This document shows positions 50,023 through 59,812 of a DNA stretch of 64,000 bases, one piece after another. Source of the stretch: an uncultured Verrucomicrobiae bacterium (GTDB lineage: Bacteria > Verrucomicrobiota > Verrucomicrobiia > Limisphaerales > UBA11358); NCBI GenBank assembly GCA_963714695.1, contig CAVQPQ010000008.1, positions 180,656-244,655 of the forward strand, in the 5' to 3' direction. Position 1 is the stretch's first letter. Each line of letters begins with the position of its first letter. Below the pieces are notes generated by a model that saw only the letters and a list, made by a program, of their open reading frames with translations, did not search any database and was not told the origin of the DNA. A program made the position numbers and the translations under genes.

Positions 50023-53000
50023 ATGAAAAGAACCGCAATCGTATTATTGGCCATCTCGCTATTCAATTCAGCCGCGCCGGGCAAGCCGGTTTCCCCGCCG
50101 GCCAATGACCTCGCCATCCGCGCAATCCATTACAACGGCAAACTCGCGGACGACGAGGCACGGTTCACGCTGGATATCGCCGCCGAAGCCACCGGCGCGG
50201 GCGAAAGTTCGGCAAAATTATTGGAGGGCGACGTTGCCATCCTGCCCGGAAACCTGCCCGACCAGTTGAAGATTATCCGCGAAAGCAACCGCTACCTGCT
50301 CGTCGCGTCGCATCCGGGACAGTTCAAATTCAAACTGGAGGTCGTCGCCAAAATCCAGCACGCCGAACCGTGGAACCAGATTTCATTCACAGGCCCGGCG
50401 GCGACGATTGCCTCCGTCACCGCGCAGGCAGCCGGCGCGGACACGGAAGTCCAGTTGCTCAATGGCACGTTGCTCGACGCCATCAAAACCAACGGCATCT
50501 CTCGCTTGATGGGATTTCTCGGCGCGGACCAGACGGTTGCGTTGCGCTGGCAAAGCCGGGTTACCAAGATTGCGCACAAATCCCTGCTCACGGCGGATTC
50601 CGCCATCGCCGCGCAAATCACGCCGACCGTCATTAAATACACCAGCAAGTTTCATTACGAAATCGTCCAGGGCAACGCCGCACAGCTCACGCTCGCGCTG
50701 CCCGCGTCGCAATCGCTCACGCGGCTGGAAGGCGAACAGATTCGCGACTGGCACACGACGGTGGAAAGCGACCGCCAGACGCTGACCATTGAATTCATCA
50801 AGCCGGTGGAAAATGCCTGCGACCTCACGCTGTATTCCGAACAGACCGTGGATGGCGCTGCGGAAAAAATTTCGCTGAACCCGCCGCAGCCGTTGAACGT
50901 CGAGCGCGAATCCGGTTCGCTCACCATCTCCGCCGAGGACACGCTGGTTGAAACTGCCGCGCTGGCCGGGCTGCGACAGGTCAATGCGACGGGCAATGCG
51001 CTGGCGTCGTATCAATTCAACGCCCGGCTGTTCACGCTCGCGCTCAAACTCAAACCCATCGAACCGGTCATCGGCGTCACCGACCGCGTCAGCACGCGGC
51101 TCGAAGAAACGCGGCTGGTGATTTCGCACCGCCTCGCGCTGAACATTGAGAAGGCTGGCATTTACACGCTGGAACTGGCGCCCCAACCCGGATTCGCCAT
51201 CGCGGACGTGCGCGGCGAGGGCGTGGACGACTGGAATTTCAGCAACGGAAAAATTCTCGTGGATTTTTCCGCGCGCCTGCTCGGTTCGCGGCGGCTGGAC
51301 GTGCAGTTGGAACAAGCCCTCAAGAATTTTCCCGAACAAATCAGCATTGGGCCGTTGCGCGTGTCCGGCGCGGTTAGGGAAACGGCGCAAATCGGCGCGG
51401 CCTCCGCGCCCGGCATCCGCCTGCACACCGCGGCACTCTCCGGCCTGCGCGAAATTCCAGTGCGAACGCTTCAGAGTGGGACGGGCTTCCAGCCTGTCTC
51501 CTACTCAAATCAAAATGAAACAGGCTGGAAGCCTGTTCCACTCTCCGACGAAATTCTCGCCTACACCACCGAGCAGCCGGATTGGAAACTGTTCGTCGCC
51601 AGCGAACGCCTCGCCGCGCGTGTCGTGGCCGATGTATTCAACCTCGTGACCATCGGCGACGGCCTGGTCGGTGGCAGCGCGACGATCCGTTACGGTCTCG
51701 TCAATCAGGGCGTGCAGGAATTCAAGGTCCGGGTTCCGGCGAATTACAAAAACGTCGAATTCACCGGCCCGAACATCCGGCGCAAAGAATTGAGTCGAGG
51801 GTCGAAGGTCGAGAGTCGAGAGCCGGGCAACGCCCTCGACACTCGACACTCGACACTCGACACGAATTACGACGTTTGGACCATTGGTCTCCAGAGACAA
51901 GGTCTGGGGCGGCTATACGCTCGTTGTCACCTACGATTTTCAATTTGATGCCAAGGGCGCAACGCTGCCCATCGGCGGTGTTCATGCGGTTGACGTGGAG
52001 CGCGAGACCGGCTCGGTCGCCATCACGACCGCCGCGAGCTTGCAGCTCAGTGCAAAATCCGCGAGCGACACGCTGCGGCGCGTGGACGAGTCCGAGTTGT
52101 CCGCCACCGACCGCTCGCTCATCGCGCGCGCCGTCGTGCTGGCGTATCAATACACCGGCGACCAGTACGATTTGTCCGTGGACGTGAAACGATACGCGGA
52201 GGAACGCGTGCTCGAAGCCGTCGCCGACCGCACGCAAATCACGTCCGTCCTTACCGAAGGCGGCGAAATGCTCACGCAGGCGTCGTTCATGGTGAAGAAC
52301 AACGAGAAACAATTTCAACGCTTCCAACTGCCGACCGATGCGAAACTCTGGGGCTGCTACGTCAACGGCCAGCCCGCCAAGCCGGAACGCGACGGTGACT
52401 GGGTGCTGGTCTCGCTCCCGCGCGACGTGAACCGCAACCAGACATTTGCCGTGGACATCATGTATGCCCAGACGAACGGCGCGCTCGCGTCCACGTGGTC
52501 GAAAACGCTCGACCTCAAAGCCCCCCGCACCGACGTGCCCAACACTTATGCGGAATGGCAAATCTTCGTGCCGCCCACGCTGCGGCTTTCCGATTTTGGC
52601 GGCAGCATGAAGGTGACGCAGGGCACTACTTACGAATTGTTCGACGCCTGGGAAAAATTCCTCACCTTCTACGGGCAGGTTTTGCATGAAGCCGGCGGGG
52701 CGATTCTGGTCATCGGCTTTCTGGCGTTTCTCGTCATCGCCCTGGTGGTATCGGCGGCGCGGCGCGGCTGGAGCGGCGTTCTCACTCTGCTCGCGGTCAT
52801 GGCCATTCTCTTCGTGCTGGGCGCGATGCTGCTGCCGGCGCTCGCCAGCGCCAAACGCAAGGCGCAACGCACCAGTTCGGTCAACAATCTCAAGCAGATC
52901 GGCGTTGCGGTGCGGCTTTTTGCCGGCGACAACGGCGACCGACTGCCGCTTTCGTTTGAAGAAATGAAAAACGAACTGGGCACGGACAAAATCACCTACG

Positions 53001-56000
53001 ACACCGAAACCGGACTGCGTTACACCTATCTCGGTGGTGGAATGCCGATGGACAGCCTCAAGCCGGAATCCGTGCTCGCCTACAGCCCGATTGTCAACGG
53101 CCACTGCGAAGTGCTCTTCGCCGACGGCAGCGTGGAGCAGATGACCGACGGAAAATTCGCAGAACTTTCCCAGCGCGGCCTGGTGCAATTGGCCACGCCA
53201 CAGGAAATCGCTGTGCAGCAGCAGCGGGCGGCCATTGCGAGCAGCCAGTTTGCCAATCAACCAAACGCCGCGCCGGCAGCTCCACTGACGGGTGAATTTG
53301 CCATCAACGGCACGGCAGGTACGCACGGTCTTGGTGAATCTGGCAGTGGTGGTGGCAGCGTCGCTGTCGCCGGAATTCCTGCCGCGCCGTCCGTTGTCCC
53401 GGCGCCCACCGCCGCCGGCATCCGTTCCATCCGCATCGAACTGCCGCAGACCGGCCAGCCGTTCATGTTCACCAAAGTGCTCAATGTCCGTGACGAGCCG
53501 CTTTCGATTCGGGCGCGCATCATGCCGCTGCACACTTTTCAAACCATTCAAATGGCGTGGCAGAGCGTGGCATTTGTGCTCGGGCTCATCATCTGGTGGT
53601 GGCAATGGCGGCGCGCCCAGCGCAACACTTTCATTCTCACTGCCGCGCTGGCGTTAATCCTCGGCTCGGTGTGCAGCCTGCTCATTCAGTGGCGCGCGCT
53701 GCATGACGCGCTCATTGTCAGCTTCCCGTCCGTGACTGTCGCCGTCATCGCCTGGCTCGTTTGGAAATATTGGCCGCGTGGAAGCAAGCCGGCGACCGAA
53801 TCGCCTACGCCAGCGATGGGAATCCCGCCGGTCATGGCCTCAATCGCCCTGCTGTTCGCGTTGAGTTTGTCCACAGCGACCGCCGCAAATACCGAAATCG
53901 GCAATCGGCAATCAGCAATCGGCAATGTCTCGATTGTTTCCGCCAGCTATTCCGGCCCGGTGAATGACCATGTGGCTTCAATTGATGCGACGCTGCAATT
54001 TTCCGCCGTCAGCCCCGGCCAGATTGTCCCGCTGTTCGGCGATGATGTGGTCGTTCAGCACTTCACGGCCAAAACCGGGCGCGCCGAGCTCGTCCGCGAC
54101 GGCGGTAACATCGCCGTGCGGTTCGACAGTCGCGGCAACGTGACGCTGCAAATCAAAATGCTGGTCAAAATCACCGGCGACGTGACGAAACGCCGGCTCG
54201 CGTTTGCGATACCGCCGGCGTTGTCGAGCCAGGTGGCGCTCGCACTTGACGAATCCGAGGCGGACGTGGATTTTTCGGCGGCGATTTCGTTCCGGCGGAT
54301 TTTGGACCAGGACAAGACGCGCGTGGAAGCCGTGATGGGTTCGGCCGATCATGTCGAATTGCTCTGGACGCCGCGGGTGAAACGCGCCGCTGAAGTGGCG
54401 GCCACGGTGTTTTGCCAGAACGCGGCGCTCGTCACGTTCGGCGGCGGCGTGGTGAACGTGCGCGCGACGATGGATTATCAAATCACGCAGGGCGAGCTGC
54501 GCCAGGCGCGGGTGCGGTTGCCCGCTGGACAAAAATTGCTGCGCGTCGAAGGAAAGGAAATCCGTACCTGGGAGGTAATGCCTGGGAGCGCCGCTGTCTC
54601 AGCGGCGAGTTCTTCGGGAAAAACATCGCAACCCGCCGGGGGGACGCCGGCGCTCCCAGGAGAGCAGATTCTCGTCGTGGATTTGCTGAAAGGAATTCCG
54701 CTCAACTGGCGGCTGACGATTGAAACGGAAAAAGTTTTGGATGTGCTGCCGGCGGACATGGTGGTCGAAACGCCGCATGCGCTCGACGTGAAACGCGAAA
54801 ATGGCCTGGTCGCCCTGCGCGGAGCGGAGGAACTGGCCTTGTCGGTTGGGTCCGCGTCCGGCCTGGAGCGCGTGGACGCGGAGGAATACGGGCGCACGGT
54901 CGCGGACCAGACCGGCAATCTCTCCAGCGTGTTCCGGTTTTCCAATCCCGAATTTACGCTGCGTATCCGCGCCGGGTCCATCCAGCCGGAAATCGAAGCC
55001 GTCGTGCGGAACAATTTCCGCGTGAGCGCCGAGCAGGTGTCGCTTTCGGCAATGGTTGATTACACGATCAAACGCGCGGGCGTGTTTACGCTGAAGGTTG
55101 CGCTGCCCGGCGGTTATCACGTCGAGCGCGTAAGCGGAAATAACATTTTGCAGCAGGCTGAACACAGCGATGGGAATGCGCGCCTTCTCGAAGTGACGCT
55201 GAAAGAGCGCACGAGCGGCGCCTACACTTTGACCATTGAACTGACGCGCGATTTCAAGGAATTGCCGAAGTCGCTCGACATTGCCGGCGTGCATCCGCTC
55301 GACACGGCGAAGCTCACGGGCTTTGTCGCCGTTTCCGCCGAGCCGGGGGTAGCGGTGAAAACCGAATCTTTCGACGGCCTCACGGAAATACCGGCGGTGT
55401 CGCTGCCGGATTACGCAACGGTGGCCGGAACGGGCAGCGTGCTGGCTTACAAATTCATTTCCTCCGCGCCGAAGTCCGCACCGGAATGGAAATTGAGCGT
55501 GGCGACTGAAAATGTCGCCGCCTGGGTGCGCGCGGAAATTGTCAACACGTTCACACTTACCGAAACGCTGGTGAGCGGGCGCGCGCTGGTGCGTTACGAC
55601 ATCGCCAACGCGCCGGTGAAGGAGTTGCGCGTGCGCGTCCCGGCGGAATTCAAGAATGTCGAGATCACCGGCGCGAACATCCGCAGCCGCAACCAGTCGG
55701 GCGATGTCTGGCGCATGGAATTACAGAACCCGACGCGCGGATTTTACACCCTGACCATAACGTGGGACGAGCCGCGCGCGGAAAAAACCCGCGCGCTGGA
55801 ACTCACGGGAATTTCCGCCGATGGCGTGGAGCGCGAAACCGGCCTGCTGGCGATCTCGGCCAAGGCGCCGTTGCAGGTGAGCGAATCAGGCGCGGTGGAT
55901 TTGCAGCGCGTGGACGCGGGTGATTTTCCCGATTGGGGGGAAAGCCCGGACAACGCGATGGCGCTCGCGTATCGCTACGTGCGGCCGGGATACCAGCTCA

Positions 56001-57088
56001 CGCTTGACGTGCGGCGGTTTGACGAGGCGGAAGTGTTGCAGGCGCTGGTGGACAGCGCACGATTCACCAGCGTGGTGGCCGACGACGGCCAGATGATGAC
56101 CGAGATGTCGCTCTCCGTGCGCAACAACGGCCGGCAGTTTCTCGAAATCGCCCTGCCCGCCGGCGCGCGCGTCTGGTCGGCTTTCGTCGCGGACCAGCCG
56201 GTGCGGCCCAGCATACGCGACGGCAAATTGCTGTTACCCATCGAATCGTCCGGCGCGGACGACGGCGCGATATCGGTGGAATTGACCTACGTCGGCACGA
56301 ATTCGTTTCCGCGCGACCGGGGAAGCCTCGGCTTCGCTTCGCCGAAATTTGACGTGCCGTTGAAGAACGCGCGCTGGGACGTTTATCTGCCGCCGGATTA
56401 CGACTATCAAAATTTTTCCGGCACGATGACACGCGAAACCGCGTCCGCGCCGGAAACCTGGTCGTCGAGTTTTTCGAGTCTCGATTATTCGCTCATGGAG
56501 CAGGCCAAGAAGGCGTCGGCCAAGGTCGAGGTTGACCGGGACGTGAGCGAGGCGCGGCGGCAGCTCGCCGGCGGCAACATGCGCGAGGCCAGCGCCACCT
56601 TCAACCGCGCCAAGACCCGACTTTACGCCGACAAAAAGGAGGACGGCGACGTGCAACAGCTCGAAAAGGATTTGCAGACCGCGCAGGCGAGCAATCTCAT
56701 CAACGCGCAAAATGATTTCGTTACCCGGAACGCGGGCGAAATCGCAGCGGATGGAAAATTTCCCGCCTCGCAAGTCCAGCCGTCCGGCGGGCCAAATGAC
56801 AACGCCGCCGCCGGACAGCAATGGATGAAATTGCAGCAGGCGCAGGAAATTGTAACCGCCAAGGTGCAGCCGCTGCGCGTGAATTTGCCGGTGCGCGGCC
56901 TGCATTTTGCCTTCACCCAGGTCCTGCAAACCGAAAGCGGCCGGCCGATGACAATCCAGCTCTTCACCGCCAGCACCAAGGCCGTGAGCTGGCCGATGCG
57001 CGGTCTGACTGCGATCGGCGCATTTTTGATGCTGTGGGCATTGGTCGCCATTTTATCCCGCCTGACGTTGCGCGCCAATCGGGCATGA
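50023..57088 (+). CDS. giant internally duplicated envelope protein (ORFs 50023..51948 + 51884..57088, joined across a 1-nt frameshift near 51901)
   Basis: Signal peptide MKRTAIVLLAISLFNSAAPG. Module A (~900 aa) and module B (~960 aa) align along their length, e.g. VRVPANYKNVEFTGPNIR / VRVPAEFKNVEITGANIR and VDVERETGSVAITTAASLQLS / DGVERETGLLAISAKAPLQVS. TM segments and a pseudopilin-like linker lie between the modules. No family name recognised. Confidence 0.65.
51484..51533. repeat. perfect 14-bp inverted repeat inside module A coding sequence
   Basis: GGCTTCCAGCCTGT (51484-51497) and ACAGGCTGGAAGCC (51520-51533). Encodes GFQPVSYSNQNETGWKPV, which is absent from the aligned position in module B. 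Confidence 0.85.
51792..51863. repeat. hairpin of tandem heptamers inside coding sequence
   Basis: (GTCGAGN)x4 arm 51792-51822, 12-nt loop, (CTCGACA)x4 arm 51835-51863. Encodes SRGSKVESREPGNALDTRHSTLDT, absent from module B. Confidence 0.85.
53896..53926. repeat. tandem heptamer AATCGGC x4 inside coding sequence
   Basis: AATCGGC AATCGGC AATCAGC AATCGGC. Encodes EIGNRQSAIGN directly after the internal signal-peptide-like segment. Confidence 0.85.
54581..54660. repeat. perfect 13-bp inverted repeat (nested hairpin) inside module B coding sequence
   Basis: CCTGGGAGCGCCG (54581-54593) and CGGCGCTCCCAGG (54648-54660), with inner hairpin GCCGCTGTCTCAGCGGC. Encodes PGSAAVSAASSSGKTSQPAGGTPALPG, absent from module A. 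Confidence 0.85.
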
Positions 57089-57200
57089 ACGCTGGTTTGA
57101 TTTTATTCGCGGCGGAGCGGGCAGCTTGTTACGTTGCGCGGGCATGAAAAGACGCGGAAACTTTTTTATGTCCGCGTTGTTTTAAATTCCAAAACCAGCC

Positions 57201-58142
57201 ATGATACCGACTCCTCTTGAAGCCGCGCGGGAAACCTGCCGGAAAATCGCGGACAACATCGCCAAAATCATGCACGGCCAGGCCGGCCCGACGCGCGAGC
57301 TGCTCGCCAGCGGCGGCCATGTGTTGCTGGATGATTATCCCGGCACGGGCAAGACGACGCTGGCCAAGGCGCTCGCCCGCTCGATTGAGGCGCAGTTCAA
57401 GCGCATCCAGTTCACGCCCGATTTGCTGCCGTCGGACATCCTCGGCGTGTCGGTGTTCAGCCAGCGTGACCAGCAGTTCCATTTTCACGAAGGCCCGGTG
57501 TTCACCAACATTTTGCTCGCCGACGAAATCAACCGCGCCTCGCCGCGCACGCAATCGGCGCTGCTCGAAGCGATGGGCGAGGCGCAGGTGAGCGTCGAGG
57601 GCGAACGGCGGAATCTTTCGGAATTGTTTTTTGTCATCGCCACGCAAAACCCCGTCGAGTTTCGCGGCACGTATCCGCTGCCCGAGGCGCAGATGGACCG
57701 GTTTGCCATGCAATTCACACTCGGCTACGTCCAGCCCGAGGAGGAAGTGGCCATCCTCACGGCGCAGCAACACAACCATCCGCTCGACGAATTGAAGCCC
57801 GTCGCCACGCTCGCGGACGTGATCGCGCTCAAGCATGCGGTGGAAGATGTGCGCATCAGCGATGAATTGAAACGGTACGCCGTTGACCTGGCGGCGGCGA
57901 CACGCACGGCGGGCGGCGTCCAACTGGGCGCCAGTCCGCGCGCATCCATCGCACTGATGAAAACCGCGCAGGCGCTGGCCTTGTTTGACGGCGCGGATTT
58001 TGTCACGCCGGAACAGATTCAGTCGCTCGCCGTGCCGGTCATCGCCCACCGGCTGGTGCTGGAGCCGCAGGCGCGTTTTTCGGGCGTGACGGCGCGCGGC
58101 GTGGTCGAGGAAGCCGTCAAAAAATTGCGCGTGCCGGCGTGA
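57201..58142 (+). CDS. MoxR-family AAA+ ATPase
   Basis: Walker A DDYPGTGKTTLAKALA, Walker B ILLADEINRASP, and the characteristic C-terminal lid (RASIALMKTAQALALFDGADFVTPEQI). Confidence 0.9.
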   Translation: MIPTPLEAARETCRKIADNIAKIMHGQAGPTRELLASGGHVLLDDYPGTGKTTLAKALARSIEAQFKRIQFTPDLLPSDILGVSVFSQRDQQFHFHEGPVFTNILLADEINRASPRTQSALLEAMGEAQVSVEGERRNLSELFFVIATQNPVEFRGTYPLPEAQMDRFAMQFTLGYVQPEEEVAILTAQQHNHPLDELKPVATLADVIALKHAVEDVRISDELKRYAVDLAAATRTAGGVQLGASPRASIALMKTAQALALFDGADFVTPEQIQSLAVPVIAHRLVLEPQARFSGVTARGVVEEAVKKLRVPA

Positions 58143-58159
58143 CAGAAAAGGCGGAAAGC

Positions 58160-58447
58160 AGAATGAAGAACGAAGAAACAAAATTCTGCAAAGCGTCGAA
58201 GGCAAGATCTGTTTTGATTCCTCGACTTGTTCAACGGAATAAGTGTTTACGCCCGCCCTCACCTTTTATCCTCTCCCCCAGGAGAGGAAATCGCTTTCGC
58301 TGGTTTCTGGTTTTGCGGATGTGCGTCCGGCCAATCCCGTCGTGTAAATTTTCAAAGAAGCGGCGAACGATTCTCCCTCTCCCGGGGGTGAGGGCCGGGG
58401 GGAGGACGGATGTCATCCTTCCATCCCTGTTTTTTCAATCTTCATTC
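58160..58447. repeat. nested palindromic intergenic element between the MoxR and DUF58 genes
   Basis: Outer arms GAATGAAGAACGAAGAAACA (58161-58180) and TGTTTTTTCAATCTTCATTC (58428-58447), 17/20 complementary. Inner arms CCCGCCCTCACC (58252-58263) and GGTGAGGGCCGG (58387-58398). Local 8-bp hairpin TCCTCTCC-CCCA-GGAGAGGA (58269-58288). Confidence 0.75.
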
Positions 58448-58452
58448 ACCTC

Positions 58453-59796
58453 GTGACCCTGATCTACCAGCTGATTTACTGGATTTACCGCGTCACGAGC
58501 GGCCTGTGGTACTGGTCGCGCCGGCGGTTCACGCTGGCGGGCCTGTGCGTGGCCGGGAGCTTCATCGTCGCCGGCGCGGTGGGCGTGGACGTTGAGAATA
58601 CCGTCACCTATCAATCGTTCTCGCTGTTGCTGGCGTTTCTGCTGCTGGCCCTGGCAGGCAGCCTTTTCTTCCGCGCCACCTTTTCCGCAACGCGCATATT
58701 GCCGCGCATCGGCACGGCCGGACAGCCGCTGCACTATCGCGTGCAGGTGAAAAATCTGACGGCGAAAAACCAGACGGGCCTGACCCTGCTGGAAGAACTC
58801 GCCGACCCGCGTCCGGCGTTTCAGGAATGGCTGGCATTTCAACTGGCTGAAAGCAAACGCGTTCGCCCCTTCCGCGTGACGCAACGACGGCGGGAGAGTC
58901 CGTTCCGCCGGGTGAAGGTGAAGGAGGCGGAGGTTCCGCCGCTGCCGGCCCACGGCAGGGCCGAAGCGCGCGTGGAAATGCTTCCGCTGCGCCGGGGAAT
59001 CCTGCGGTTCACCGGCATGACGCTGGCGCGGCCCGATCCGCTGGGATTGTTCCGCTCGTTCAGCCGGGTGGCCGCGCCGCAGACGGTTTTGATTTTGCCG
59101 AAGCGTTATCCTCTTCCGCCCATCGCGCTGCCGGGGGCGATGCGTTATCAGGAAGGCGGCGTGGCGCTCGCGGCGAACGTCGGACGCAGCGAGGAGTTCG
59201 TCGCGCTGCGCGATTATCGTCACGGGGATCCGTTGCGGCACATCCACTGGCGGAGCTGGGCGAAGACCGGCAAACCGATCGTGAAGGAATTCGAGGACGA
59301 ATTTTTTGTGCGGCACGCGCTAGTACTGGACACGTTCGACGACGAACCGAACAGCGAGGTTTTAGAGGAAGCCGTGTCCATCGCGGCGTCGTTCGCCTGC
59401 ACGGTGCTGACGCAGGAATCGCTGCTGGACCTGCTGTTCGTCGGCAACCGGTCCTACTGCTTCACCGCCGGCCGCGGACTGGCGGAGGCGGACCAGATGC
59501 TGGAAATTCTGGCTTCGGTGCGGAACTGCGCCGACAAGACATTTGAGACGCTCGAACATCTCGTGCTCAATCACATTGCCGTCGTGAGCGGCTGCATTTG
59601 CGTGCTGCAACGCTGGGACGGGGCGCGACAGGAGTTTGTGAAAAAATTGCGCGTTCTCGACATTCCGCTGCTCGTGCTGGTCGTGGTGCGTCCGGAGGAA
59701 AAGAAACCGGACGCCGGGCAATTGCGCGACGAGCCGGGAACTTTCCACGTCCTCGAAATCGGCCGTATCGAGGAAGAACTGTCGAAACTCAAGTGA
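58453..59796 (+). CDS. DUF58-family protein (vWA-like fold, MoxR partner)
   Basis: Two N-terminal TM segments. The DUF58 signature ALRDYRHGDPLRHIHWRSWAKTGKPIVKEFEDE. Confidence 0.85.
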   Translation: MTLIYQLIYWIYRVTSGLWYWSRRRFTLAGLCVAGSFIVAGAVGVDVENTVTYQSFSLLLAFLLLALAGSLFFRATFSATRILPRIGTAGQPLHYRVQVKNLTAKNQTGLTLLEELADPRPAFQEWLAFQLAESKRVRPFRVTQRRRESPFRRVKVKEAEVPPLPAHGRAEARVEMLPLRRGILRFTGMTLARPDPLGLFRSFSRVAAPQTVLILPKRYPLPPIALPGAMRYQEGGVALAANVGRSEEFVALRDYRHGDPLRHIHWRSWAKTGKPIVKEFEDEFFVRHALVLDTFDDEPNSEVLEEAVSIAASFACTVLTQESLLDLLFVGNRSYCFTAGRGLAEADQMLEILASVRNCADKTFETLEHLVLNHIAVVSGCICVLQRWDGARQEFVKKLRVLDIPLLVLVVVRPEEKKPDAGQLRDEPGTFHVLEIGRIEEELSKLK

Positions 59797-59812
59797 AGAC
59801 GGAACCCCATTT

